A stretch of 64,000 bases of DNA from Eledone cirrhosa (Eukaryota), in the NCBI GenBank assembly GCA_964016885.1, contig OZ024745.1:10974001-11038000 (forward strand). Reading direction: 5' to 3'. The notes below the pieces were generated by a model. It did not search any database, was not told the origin of the DNA, and saw only the letters and a list, made by a program, of their open reading frames with translations. Positions 43,075 through 56,700 of this stretch are shown here, one piece after another; positions within the stretch are counted from its first letter, which is position 1; each line of letters opens with the position of its first letter. The translations under genes and the position numbers were made by a program.

Positions 43075-43191
43075 TTATTGACACGTGTTTCTATAACAGT
43101 TACATAACCTAAAACAGCTATCTACAAACTTTTAGTTATGCAGACATTCAATATTTCAATGTTATTATTTACTGTCATTTCATCAGAATAA
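43075..43191 (-). ncRNA. Type I hammerhead ribozyme with extended stem II at the 3' end of the Penelope-like element
   Basis: Minus strand TTATT-CTGATGA-A-ATGACAGT...ACTGTTAT-A-GAAA-CACGTG-TC-AATAA. Inner helix GCATAAC-TAAAA/TTTTAG-GTTATGT; palindromic stem III ACACGTGT; triplet GUC. Confidence 0.87.
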
Positions 43192-43757
43192 TATTACTGA
43201 GGACCTATTTAGTTTTTATAGAGAATATTAGGAGGGAGGGGTGAAGTTGTTAGAAGAATAGTTGAAGGAGTGGTTTTTCGATAGCAGTGAGAATTCTTGG
43301 TGGCAGTGAGTAATTAGATTCCCATCTGTTGTTTTGACATTTTTTATAGAATATATTATTGGTTATTTTTCTAAATCTATAGAAGGATTAGAGATAGTAA
43401 AGATATGCGTGGTTGGTTTTGTGTTTGCACTTAATTAACATTCAGACTTAAATTTTTCTTTCAAGTGTACGTATCCTTTCACCCACGCATTCACACACAA
43501 ATATATTTGGACACCTCTACAAAATACATATACTCACAATTCACATATTCATACTTACATATATATACACATGCATACACATATATATACACACATGTAT
43601 TCATATACATACATACGCGCTCATGTGTATACATTTTCATACTCAACTTATCTTTATATACACACGTATAGACACACTCATATATACATACATACTCTAG
43701 TCCATGTGTACACACATACACATACTTACACATCCATATACACATATATACATACAT

Positions 43758-43818
<61 letters not shown>

Positions 43819-44159
43819 CATATATACATACACATACATATACACACATATACATACATATATATATATAAGCACTTTAATACATGAATACACTTACATC
43901 TAACTATACACATCAAACATATATATATATTTACTTATTTATATACATTTTCACATATATATACATACTTATGGACGTTTTTAGACACATTCATTATCGC
44001 ATATTTGTACCTATTCTCATCAGCATATCTTTTCATTATTAGTATGGTAATTTAAGGTTATTAATATATGTTGAGAAGAGATTGTTTTTATATTTTTCTA
44101 ACTAGATTAAGGTTTATATAGTTGGGGGATGTCCCTCTTTTATGTAATATTCGGCTTGT

Positions 44160-46170
44160 AGTGGGAAAAAAGGGTTTTAGTTCTGTGACGGCAGAATAAT
44201 GTTCGTTCAATTCTGTTATTCAGCAGTTTCTTCTTGTGTGTGATTATGTAATAAATCTCAAGATTACACAATTTGCAGAAATTTTTGGCTCCTGGAAAAG
44301 CTTTGGGTTTTAGCTAATTTTTCCCATTTTAGGGTAAACTTTTGGTCGCTATCCCTGAGCGTCCAAGCTTTTTCTGCTAAAGTTGTTACATTTCTTTGGC
44401 TCGGGTGTTTTATTGAGTAAGAATGCCTATACAATCGAGATTTAAACGATGTTGCCGTTGATCCCACGTAATACCACTCGTTGCCTCCGGATTTAATGGT
44501 ACACTTATAAATAATATTTTTTTCCAGGCAGTTATTGCCGAGGGGGCAGTTGTCAGGATAGGTGCAGTTACAGTTGTGTACGTTGGGTTTTCTCTGGAGT
44601 AGTATTGCGGACGAACTTAGGTGTGGTTTATTTATGTTCTGTAGTGTATTGTCTACTGTTTTTTTTGTGTTCTTTGTACTTAAGTTCTTAGTGTTTTCGT
44701 TTAACCTTCTAGTATTGATCTTTTTTATGTGTTGTTCAAGGTTTAACGCTGTAGAGTATGACAGTCTTATAGTGGTAGGGTTTAGGATTTTGTGGTATTT
44801 GTGTGATGTGGGAAAATGTCTTTTAATTATTTTAAAGAAGAGTACTGGTAAATTTGTACTAATGGAGCTATTGTATTCGGGGTTATACCATAAGTACTCT
44901 TTGCATCGCTTTCTATTAGTTTTGTTTGTTGGTTTACTGGTGTGCATACTATGGTAGTAAGTGTGGTTTGGTGTTGTGTTATTATATCTACCTATGTGGG
45001 ATTTATTTTGGGTGTTTTGATTGTTCCCATCTATGTACTCTATTTTGTTGAGGTAGCCTGCTTTACTAAGGGCGTTATCGTAGTACTCGGCGTGTTCCTT
45101 AAATACTTGTATGTTAGAAGATAGACTCGAGATTCTAAGGGAAATATTTTTAGGGATAGATTTAATTATAGAGATGGGGTGGTTAGACCCAACATTTACG
45201 TATTTGAGATTTTCATTCAATTTATGAAACGGTTTAATCAAACCAGAGTTTAAATTGAGTGTGACATCCAGGAAGTTAACTACTTTAAGGTTGTATTCAT
45301 ATGTTATAGTTAGTCCTATTTCGAGTAGTAGTTTTCTTATATCTTTGCGTAGTTTTTCTAGTTTTTGGTTATTAAGGTTTTTAGCTAGGAGGAGAACATC
45401 GTCGCGGTATATTCCGCCGTGGAGATTGCTGAATTTTTCCTGGAGTCTAAAGGCGATAAATAACCCCACAATATCAGTTATTTCCGCCGAATCGTTAGAG
45501 CCCATTGTTATGTCAAAGTTAGAGGGTCTATCTTTACGTACCCAATAACTGTTCTCAAATTTGACTATAGTTTTCCTAGCTTCTAATATAATCTTAATTT
45601 CATCGTTTGTAAGGTCAGAGTTATCCTTAGCAAACTTAATGGCTCTATTCAAAGTTTCAGGTGATATCGATGAGTAATATTCATCGATATCAAACTGGAT
45701 AAACTTAGATTTATTCTTATTGCTAATGCTATTAAACCATCTTATTGCTTCTTGGGTCTTCCCCCAGAGTTTAATGTTAACCTTAGCCTTAATTTGGGGG
45801 ATGATTCTATCTAAGATATATTTGCTTATTTTACCTATATCTGATTTAGAGGGGCAGATTAATCTAATTTTAGGGTCATTATCAAAGTTTACCTTGTGGT
45901 CCTTAAGATTGAAGGTGGGTACCGCCGGTAAGAGTGGTCCTGTCCTATCTTCGATTCCGAGATTTTTCACTATTTCGCATGCCTCATCATTGATGTGCTT
46001 AAGGGTTACTTCACTCGTTTTTGTATATTTTTTATGTAATTCTTTTCGAATGAAGTTGTTGTATGTAGTGCAATCCATAGTGTACAGGTTTGATGTTTTG
46101 TCCGCTTTTACTACAATTCCTTTGGTGTTTTTAAGGTCGTCCAGTAGTTTTTTTATATCTTTCTGTAATT
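44160..46170 (-). pseudogene. RT + GIY-YIG endonuclease ORF of the Penelope-like element (604-aa track ORF 44264-46078, extendable at both ends)
   Basis: One frameshift near 44295; the shifted frame gives the expected C-terminus FCKLCNLEIYYIITHKKKLLNNRIERTLFCRHRTK. N-terminus is truncated. Confidence 0.88.
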
Positions 46171-46190
46171 TGCGTTTATATCTTTCTGTA

Positions 46191-46770
<580 letters not shown>

Positions 46771-46984
46771 CATAAGTATGTACACATACATACATATATG
46801 TATACAGACGTAAAGTAGTATGTATATACATACATACATGCACACATATATATATATATATATACTCAAGGGTTTACCGAACATCTATTATAATATCTTG
46901 GTTTGTTTGTAAACAAACAGCCCGAATTAAGCCGTACAGTCTCTAGCAACCATCGTTGGCCTTTTGTTCAACACTGACAAAGGA

Positions 46985-47027
46985 ACGATAAACTAGTTTC
47001 TAGCTTATTAACTGTCATCAGCACCGT
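46985..47027 (-). ncRNA. Type I hammerhead ribozyme (minus-strand copy)
   Basis: ACGGTG-CTGATGA-C-AGTT-AATA-AGCT-A-GAAA-CTAG-TT-TATCGT. Differences from the plus copy retain pairing via G-U. Confidence 0.82.
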
Positions 47028-47345
47028 ATACCTTCCTGTCAGTTGATTGAACGTTTGAAAGTATATACTTTCCTTATGCATATTAACGGCTGAGCAGCCT
47101 AATTTGCAATCGAGTGAGTTAGTCGGCCGGGCGTACCGAAAACGATAAATGGAAAAAAAGAAATTACATTTCTCTCTCTTAGTACGGCTGATACTCAAAC
47201 ATAAGTATGTACACGTACATACATATATGTATACAGACGTACAGTAGTATGTATATACATACTCGATATGCAAATTAGGCTACTCAGCCGTTAATATGCA
47301 TAAGGAAAATATATACTTTCAAACGTTCAACTGACAGGAAGGTAT

Positions 47346-47388
47346 ACGGTGCTGATGACAGCTAATAAGCTAGAAACTAGTTCATCGT
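47346..47388 (+). ncRNA. Type I hammerhead ribozyme (plus-strand copy)
   Basis: ACGGTG-CTGATGA-C-AGCT-AATA-AGCT-A-GAAA-CTAG-TT-CATCGT. Stem I extends via AAGG/CCTT and ACTGACA/TGTCAGT; stem III palindrome ACTAGT; predicted cleavage after 47382 (GUU). Confidence 0.87.
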
Positions 47389-47706
47389 TCCTTTGTCAGT
47401 GTTGAACAAAATAGCAACGATGGTTGCCGAACACTGTACGGCTTAATTCGGGCTGTTTGTTTACAAACAAACCAAGCATTATAATAAATGTTCGGTAAAT
47501 CCATACGTACATATATATATGTGTGCATGTATGTATGTATATACATACTACTGCACGTCTGTATACATATATGTATGTATGTATACATACTTATATTTAG
47601 GTATCAGCCGTACTAAGAGTGAGAAATGAAATTTCATTTTTTCCATATATATATATATGTATATATATATATATTATATATGTAAAGGAGATATCATCAA
47701 AATGGT

Positions 47707-50700
47707 ATGATGAACCTGGAGGCAAACTATAGAATATTTTCATTAGATTTAGTACCAATACCACTCCAGTACCAATACCACTCCAGTACCAACACCAACT
47801 CCAGTACCAATACCACTCCAGTACCAATACCAACTCCAGTACCTGCACAAACTCCAGTACCAGCACCAACTCCAGTACCAGTACCAACTCCAGTACCAAC
47901 ACCAACTCCAGTACCAACACCAACTCCAGTACCAACACCAACTCCAGTACCAACACCAACTCCAGTACCAGTACCAACTCCAGTACCAACACCAACTCCA
48001 GTACCAACACCAACTCCAGTACCAGTACCAACTCCAGTACCAACACCAACTCCAGTACCAACACCAACTCCAGTACCAGCACCAACACCAGTACCAACAC
48101 CAACAACAGTACCAGCACCAACTCCAGTACCAACACCAACTCCAGTACCAACACCAACTCCAGTAGCAGCACCAACTCCAGTACCAACTCCAACTCCAGT
48201 ACCAACTCCAACTCCAGTACCAACTCCAACTCCAGTACCAACACCAACTCCAGTACCAGCACCAACTCCAGTACCAACACCAACTCCAGTACCAGCACCA
48301 ACTCAAGTACCAACACCAACTCCAGTACCAACACCAACTCCAGTACCAACACCAACTCCAGTACCAACACCAACTCCAGTACCAACACCTACTCAAGTAC
48401 AAACACCAACTCCAGTACCAACTCCAACTCCAGTACCAACACCAACTCCAGTATCAATTCCAACTCCAGTACCAACACCAACTCCAGTACCAACACCAAC
48501 TCCAGTATCAATTCCAACTCCAGTACCAACACCAACTCCAGTACCAACACCAACTCCAGTACCAACTCCAACTCCAGTACCAACTCCAACTCCAGTACCA
48601 ACACCAACTCCAGTATCAATTCCAACTCCAGTACCAACACCAACTCCAGTACCAACACCAACTCCAGTACCAGCACCAACTCCAGTACCAACTCCAACTC
48701 CAGTACCAACACCAACTCCAGTACCAACCCCAACTCCAGTACCAACTCCAACTCCAGTACCAACACCAACTCCAGTACCAACACCAACTCCAGTACCAAC
48801 CCCAACTCCAGTACCAACACCAACTCCAGTAGCAGCACCAACTCCAGTACCAACACCAACTCCAGTACCAACACCAACTCCAGTACCAACACCAACTCCA
48901 GTACCAACACCAACTCCAGTACCAACACCAACTCCAGTACCAACACCAACTCCAGTACCAACACCAACTCCAGTACCAACCCCAACTCCAGTACCAACAC
49001 CAACTCCAGTAGCAGCACCAACTCCAGTACCAACACCAACTCCAGTACCAACACCAACTCCAGTACCAACACCAACTCCAGTACCAGCACCAACTCCAGT
49101 ACCAACACCAACTCCAGTACCAACACCAACTCCAGTACCAACCCCAACTCCAGTACCAACACCAACTCCAGTACCAGCACCAACTCCAGTACCAACACCA
49201 ACTCCAGTACCAGCACCAACTCAAGTACCAACACCAACTCCAGTACCAACACCAACTTCAGTACCAACACCAACTCCAGTACCAGCAGCAACTCCAGTAC
49301 CAACCCCAACTCCAGTACCAACACCAACTCCAGTAGCAGCACCAACTCCAGTACCAACACCAACTCCAGTACCAACACCAACTCCAGTACCAACACCAAC
49401 TCCAGTACCAGCACCAACTCCAGTACCAACACCAACTCCAGTACCAACACCAACTCCAGTACCAACACCAACTCCAGTACCAACACCAACTCCAGTACCA
49501 ACACCAACTCCAGTACCAACCCCAACTCCAGTACCAACACCAACTCCAGTAGCAGCACCAACTCCAGTACCAACACCAACTCCAGTACCAACACCAACTC
49601 CAGTACCAACACCAACTCCAGTACCAGCACCAACTCCAGTACCAACACCAACTCCAGTACCAGCACCAACTCAAGTACCAACACCAACTCCAGTACCAAC
49701 ACCAACTCCAGTACCAACACCAACTCCAGTACCAACACCAACTCCAGTACCAGCACCAACTCCAGTACCAACACCAACTCCAGTACCAGCACCAACTCCA
49801 GTACCAACACCAACTTCAGTACCAACACCAACTCCAGTACCAACACCAACTCCAGTACCAACACCAACTCCAGTACCAGCACCAACTCCAGTACCAACAC
49901 CAACTCCAGTACCAACTCCAACTCAAGTACAGACACCAACTCCAGTACCAACACCAACTCCAGTACCAACACCAACTCCAGTATCAATTCCAACTCCAGT
50001 ACCAACACCAACTCCAGTATCAATTCCAACTCCAGTACCAACACCAACTCCAGTACCAACACCAACTCCAGTACCAACTCCAACTCCAGTACCAACACCA
50101 ACTCCAGTATCAATTCCAACTCCAGTACCAACTCCAACTCCAGTAACAGCACCAAATCCAGTACCAACTCCAACTCCAGTACCAACACCAACTCCAGTAC
50201 CAACACCAACTCCAGTACCAACCCCAACTCCAGTACCAACACCAACTCCAGTACCAACACCAACTCCAGTACCAACACCAACTCCAGTACCAACTCCAAC
50301 TCCAGTACCAACACCAACTCCAGTACCAAATCCAACTCCAGTACCAACTCCAACTCCAGTACCAACACCAACTCCAGTATCAATTCCAACTCCAGTACCA
50401 ACACCAACTCCAGTACCAACTCCAACTCCAGTACCAACACCAACTCCAGTACCAACTCCAACTCCAGTACCAACACCAACTCCAGTACCAAATCCAACTC
50501 CAGTACCAACTCCAACTCCAGTACCAACACCAACTCCAGTACCAACACCAACTCCAGTACCAGCACCAACTCCAGTACCAACACCAACTCCAGTACCAGC
50601 ACCAACTCCAGTACCAACACCAACTCCAGTACCAGCACCAACTCAAGTACCAACACCAACTCCAGTACCAACACCAACTCCAGTACCAACACCAACTCCA

Positions 50701-53700
50701 GTACCAACAGCAACTCCAGTACCAACACCAACTCCAGTACCAACACCAACTCCAGTACCAACAGCAACTCCAGTACCAACACCAACTCCAGTACCAACAC
50801 CAACTCCAGTACCAACACCAACTCCAGTACCAACACCAACTCCAGTACCAACACCAACTCCAGTACCAACACCAACTCCAGTACCAACACCAACTCCAGT
50901 ACCAACTCCAACTCCAGTACCAACACCAACTCCAGTACCAACTCCAACTCAAGTACCAACACCAACTCCAGTACCAACACCAACTCCAGTACCAACACCA
51001 ACTCCAGTACCAACACCAACTCCAGTACCAACACCAACTCCAGTACCAACACCAACTCCAGTACCAACACCAACTCCAGTACCAACTCCAACTCCAGTAC
51101 CAACACCAACTCCAGTACCAACACCAACTCCAGTACCAGCACCAACTCAAGTACCAACACCAACTCCAGTACCAACTCCAACTCCAGTACCAACTCCAAC
51201 TCCAGTACCAACTCCAACTCCAGTCCCAACACCAACTCCAGTACCAACACCAACTCCAGTACCAACACCAACTCCAGTATCAATTCCAACTCCAGTACCA
51301 ACACCAACTCCAGTACCAACTCCAACTCCAGTACCAACTCCAACTCCAGTACCAACACCAACTCCAGTACCAACACCAACTCCAGTACCAACACCAACTC
51401 CAGTACCAGCACCAACTCCAGTACCAACTCCAACTCCAGTACCAACTCCAACTCCAGTACCAACACCAACTCCAGTACCAACACCAACTCCAGTACCAAC
51501 ACCAACTCCAGTACCAACACCAACTCCAGTACCAACACCAACTCCAGTACCAACACCAACTCCAGTACCAACACCAACTCCAGTACCAACACCAACTCCA
51601 GTACCAACACCAACTCCAGTATCAATTCCAACTCCAGTACCAACACCAACTCCAGTACCAACACCAACTCCAGTACCAACACCAACTCCAGTACCAACAC
51701 CAACTCCAGTACCAACACCAACTCCAGTACCAACACCAACTCCAGTACCAACACCAACTCCAGTACCAACACCAACTCCAGTACCAACACCAACTCCAGT
51801 ACCAACACCAACTCCAGTACCAACACCAACTCCAGTACCAGCACCAACTCCAGTACCAACTCCAACTCCAGTACCAACACCAACTCCAGTTCCAACACCA
51901 ACTCCAGTACCAACACCAACTCCAGTACCAACACCAACTCCAGTACCAACACCAACTCCAGTACCAACACCAACTCCAGTACCAACACCAACTCCAGTAC
52001 CAACACCAACTCCAGTACCAACACCAACTCCAGTACCAACACCAACTCCAGTACCAACACCAACTCCAGTACCAACACCAACTCCAGTACCAACAGCAAC
52101 TCCAGTACCAACACCAACTCCAGTACCAACACCAACTCCAGTACCAACACCAACTCCAGTATCAATTCCAACTCCAGTACCAACACCAACTCCAGTACCA
52201 GCACCAACTCCAGTACCAACCCCAACTCCAGTACCAACTCCAACTCCAGTACCAACTCCAACTCCAGTATCAATTCCAACTCCAGTACCAACTCCAACTC
52301 CAGTACCAACTCCAACTCCAGTACCAACTCCAACTCCAGTACCAACACCAACTCCAGTACCAACACCAACTCCAGTACCAACTCCAACTCCAGTACCAAC
52401 ACCAACTCCAGTACCAACACCAACTCGAGTACCAACTCCAACTCAAGTACCAACACCAACTCCAGTACCAACACCAACTCCAGTACCAACACCAACTCCA
52501 GTACCAACACCAACTCCAGTACCAACACCAACTCCAGTACCAACACCAACTCCAGTACCAACACCAACTCCAGTACCAACACCAACTCCAGTACCAACAC
52601 CAACTCCAGTACCAACTCCAACTCCAGTACCAACACCAACTCCAGTACCAACACCAACTCCAGTACCAACACCAACTCCAGTACCAACACCAACTCCAGT
52701 ACCAACACCAACTCCAGTACCAACACCAACTCCAGTACCAACACCAACTCCAGTACCAACACCAACTCCAGTACCAACACCAACTCCAGTACCAACACCA
52801 ACTCCAGTACCAACACCAACTCCAGTACCAACTCCAACTCCAGTACCAACACCAACTCCAGTACCAACACCAACTCCAGTACCAACACCAACTCCAGTAC
52901 CAACTCCAACTCCAGTACCAACACCAACTCCAGTACCAACACCAACTCCAGTACCAACACCAACTCCAGTACCAACACCAACTCCAGTACCAACACCAAC
53001 TCCAGTACCAACACCAACTCCAGTACCAACACCAACTCCAGTACCAACTCCAACTCCAGTACCAACACCAACTCCAGTACCAACACCAACTCCAGTACCA
53101 ACACCAACTCCAGTACCAACACCAACTCCAGTACCAACACCAACTCCAGTACCAACACCAACTCCAGTACCAACACCAACTCCAGTACCAACACCAACTC
53201 CAGTACCAACACCAACTCCAGTATCAATTCCAACTCCAGTACCAACACCAAATCCAGTACCAACACCAACTCCAGTACCAGCACCAACTCCAGTACCAAC
53301 TCCAACTCCAGTACCAACACCAACTCCAGTACCAACTCCAACTCCAGTACCAACACCAACTCCAGTACCAATACCAACTCCAGTACCGACACCAACACCA
53401 GTACCAACACCAACTCCAGTACCGACACTAACACCAGTACCAACTCCAACTCCAGTACCAACACCAACTCCAGTACCAACACCAACTCCAGTACCAACAC
53501 CAACTCCAGTATCAATTCCAACTCCAGTACCAACTCCAACTCCAGTACCAACACCAACTCCAGTACCGACACTAACACCAGTACCAACTCCAACTCCAGT
53601 ACCAACACCAACTCCAGTACCAACTCCAACTCCAGTACCAACACCAACTCCAGTACCAATTCCAACTCCAGTATCAACACCAACTCCAGTACCAACACCA

Positions 53701-56700
53701 ACTCCAGTACCAACTCCAACTCCAGTACCAGCACCAACTCCAGTACCAACTCCAACTCCAGTACCAATACCAACTCGAGTACCAACACCAACTCCAGTAC
53801 CAACACCAACTCCAGTACCAACCCCAACTCCAGTACCAACACCAACTCCAGTACCAACTCCAACTCCAGTACCAACACCAACTCCAGTACCAACACCAAC
53901 TCCAGTACCAACTCCAACTCCAGTACCAACACCAACAACAGTACCAACACCAACTCCAGTACCAACTCCAACTCCAGTACCAGCACCAACTCCAGTACCA
54001 ACACCAACTCCAGTACCAACACCAACTCCAGTAGCAGCACCAACTCCAGTATCAATTCCAACTCCAGTAGCAACACCAACTCCAGTACCAGTACCAACTC
54101 CAGTACCAACACCAACTCCAGTACCAACACCAACTCCAGTACCAGCACCAACACCAGTACCAACACCAACAACAGTACCAGCACCAACTCCAGTACCAAC
54201 ACCAACTCCAGTACCAACACCAACTCCAGTAGCAGCACCAACTCCAGTACCAACTCCAACTCCAGTACCAACTCCAACTCCAGTACCAACACCAACTCCA
54301 GTACCAACACCAACTCCAGTACCAACTCCAACTCCAGTACCAACACCAACTCCAGTACCAGCACCAACTCCAGTACCAACACCAACTCCAGTACCAGCAC
54401 CAACTCAAGTACCAACACCAACTGCAGTACCAACACCAACTCCAGTACCAACACCAACTCCAGTACCAACTCCAACTCCAGTACCAACACCAACTCCAGT
54501 ACCAGCACCAACTCCAGTACCAACACCAACTCCAGTACCAGCACCAACTCAAGTACCAACACCAACTGCAGTACCAACACCAACTCCAGTACCAACACCA
54601 ACTCCAGTACCAACACCAACTCCAGTACCAACACCAACTCCAGTACCAACACCAACTCCAGTACCAACACCAACTCCAGTACCAACACCAACTCAAGTAC
54701 AAACACCAACTCCAGTACCAACACCAACTCCAGTACCAACACCAACTCCAGTACCAACACCAACTCAAGTACAAACACCAACTCCAGTACCAACTCCAAC
54801 TCCAGTACCAACACCAACTCCAGTACCAACTCCAACTCCAGTACCAACACCAACTCCAGTACCAGCACCAACTCCAGTACCAACACCAACTCCAGTACCA
54901 GCACCAACTCAAGTACCAACACCAACTGCAGTACCAACACCAACTCCAGTACCAACACCAACTCCAGTACCAACACCAACTCCAGTACCAACACCAACTC
55001 CAGTACCAACACCAACTCCAGTACCAACACCAACTCAAGTACAAACACCAACTCCAGTACCAACACCAACTCCAGTATCAATTCCAACTCCAGTACCAAC
55101 TCCAACTCCAGTACCAACACCAACTCCAGTATCAATTCCAACTCCAGTACCAACTCCAACTCCAGTACCAACACCAACTCCAGTATCAATACCAACTCCA
55201 GTACCAACACCAACTCCAGTACCAACACCAACTCCAGTATCAATACCAACTCCAGTACCAACACCAACTCCAGTACCAACACCAACTCCAGTACCAACAC
55301 CAACTCCAGTACCAACACCAACTCCAGTACCAACACCAACTCCAGTACCAACTCCAACTCCAGTACCAACTCCAACTCCAGTACCAACACCAACTCCAGT
55401 ACCAACACCAACTCCAGTATCAATTCCAACTCCAGTACCAACACCAACTCCAGTACCAACTCCAACTCCAGTACCAACTCCAACTCCAGTACCAACTCCA
55501 ACTCCAGTACCAACTCCAACTCCAGTACCAACACCAACTCCAGTACCAGCACCAACTCCAGTACCAACACCAACTCCAGTACCAGCACCAACTCAAGTAC
55601 CAACACCAACTCCAGTACCAACACCAACTCCAGTACCAACACCAACTCCAGTACCAACACCAACTCCAGTACCAACACCAACTCAAGTACAAACACCAAC
55701 TCCAGTACCAACACCAACTCCAGTACCAACACCAACTCCAGTACCAACACCAACTCAAGTACAAACACCAACTCCAGTACCAACACCAACTCCAGTATCA
55801 ATTCCAACTCCAGTACCAACTCCAACTCCAGTACCAACACCAACTCCAGTACCAACACCAACTCCAGTACCAACTCCAACTCCAGTATCAATTCCAACTC
55901 CAGTACCAACACCAACTCCAGTACCAACACCAACTCCAGTACCAACACCAACTCCAGTATCAATTCCAACTCCAGTACCAACACCAACTCCAGTACCAAC
56001 ACCAACTCCAGTACCAACACCAACTCCAGTACCAACACCAACTCCAGTACCAACACCAACTCCAGTACCAGCACCAACTCCAGTACCAACTCCAACTCCA
56101 GTACCAACACCAACTCCAGTACCAACCCCAACTCCAGTACCAACTCCAACTCCAGTACCAACACCAACTCCAGTACCAACACCAACTCCAGTACCAACAC
56201 CAACTCCAGTACCAACACCAACTCCAGTACCAACACCAACTCCAGTATCAATTCCAACTCCAGTACCAACACCAACTCCAGTACCAACACCAACTCCAGT
56301 ACCAACACCAACTCCAGTACCAACACCAACTCCAGTACCAACACCAACTCCAGTACCAGCACCAACTCCAGTACCAACTCCAACTCCAGTACCAACACCA
56401 ACTCTAGTACCAACCCCAACTCCAGTACCAACTCCAACTCCAGTACCAACACCAACTCCAGTACCAACACCAACTCCAGTACCAACACCATCTCCAGTAC
56501 CAACACCAACTCCAGTACCAACACCAACTCCAGTACCAGCACCAACTCCAGTACCAACTCCAACTCCAGTACCAACACCAACTCCAGTACCAACCCCAAC
56601 TCCAGTACCAACTCCAACTCCAGTACCAACACCAACTCCAGTACCAACACCAACTCCAGTACCAACACCAACTCCAGTACCAACACCAACTCCAGTACCA

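Larger units (their letters stand above)
46771..47645. mobile_element. Non-coding hammerhead-bearing element (retrozyme / solo pLTR-like), ~430-bp unit, partial tandem plus inversion
   Basis: 46771-47115 is inverted at 47261-47595; 47149-47258 is inverted at ~47535-47645; direct repeat CATAAGTATGTACAC at 46771 and 47200 (period 429). Confidence 0.8.
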
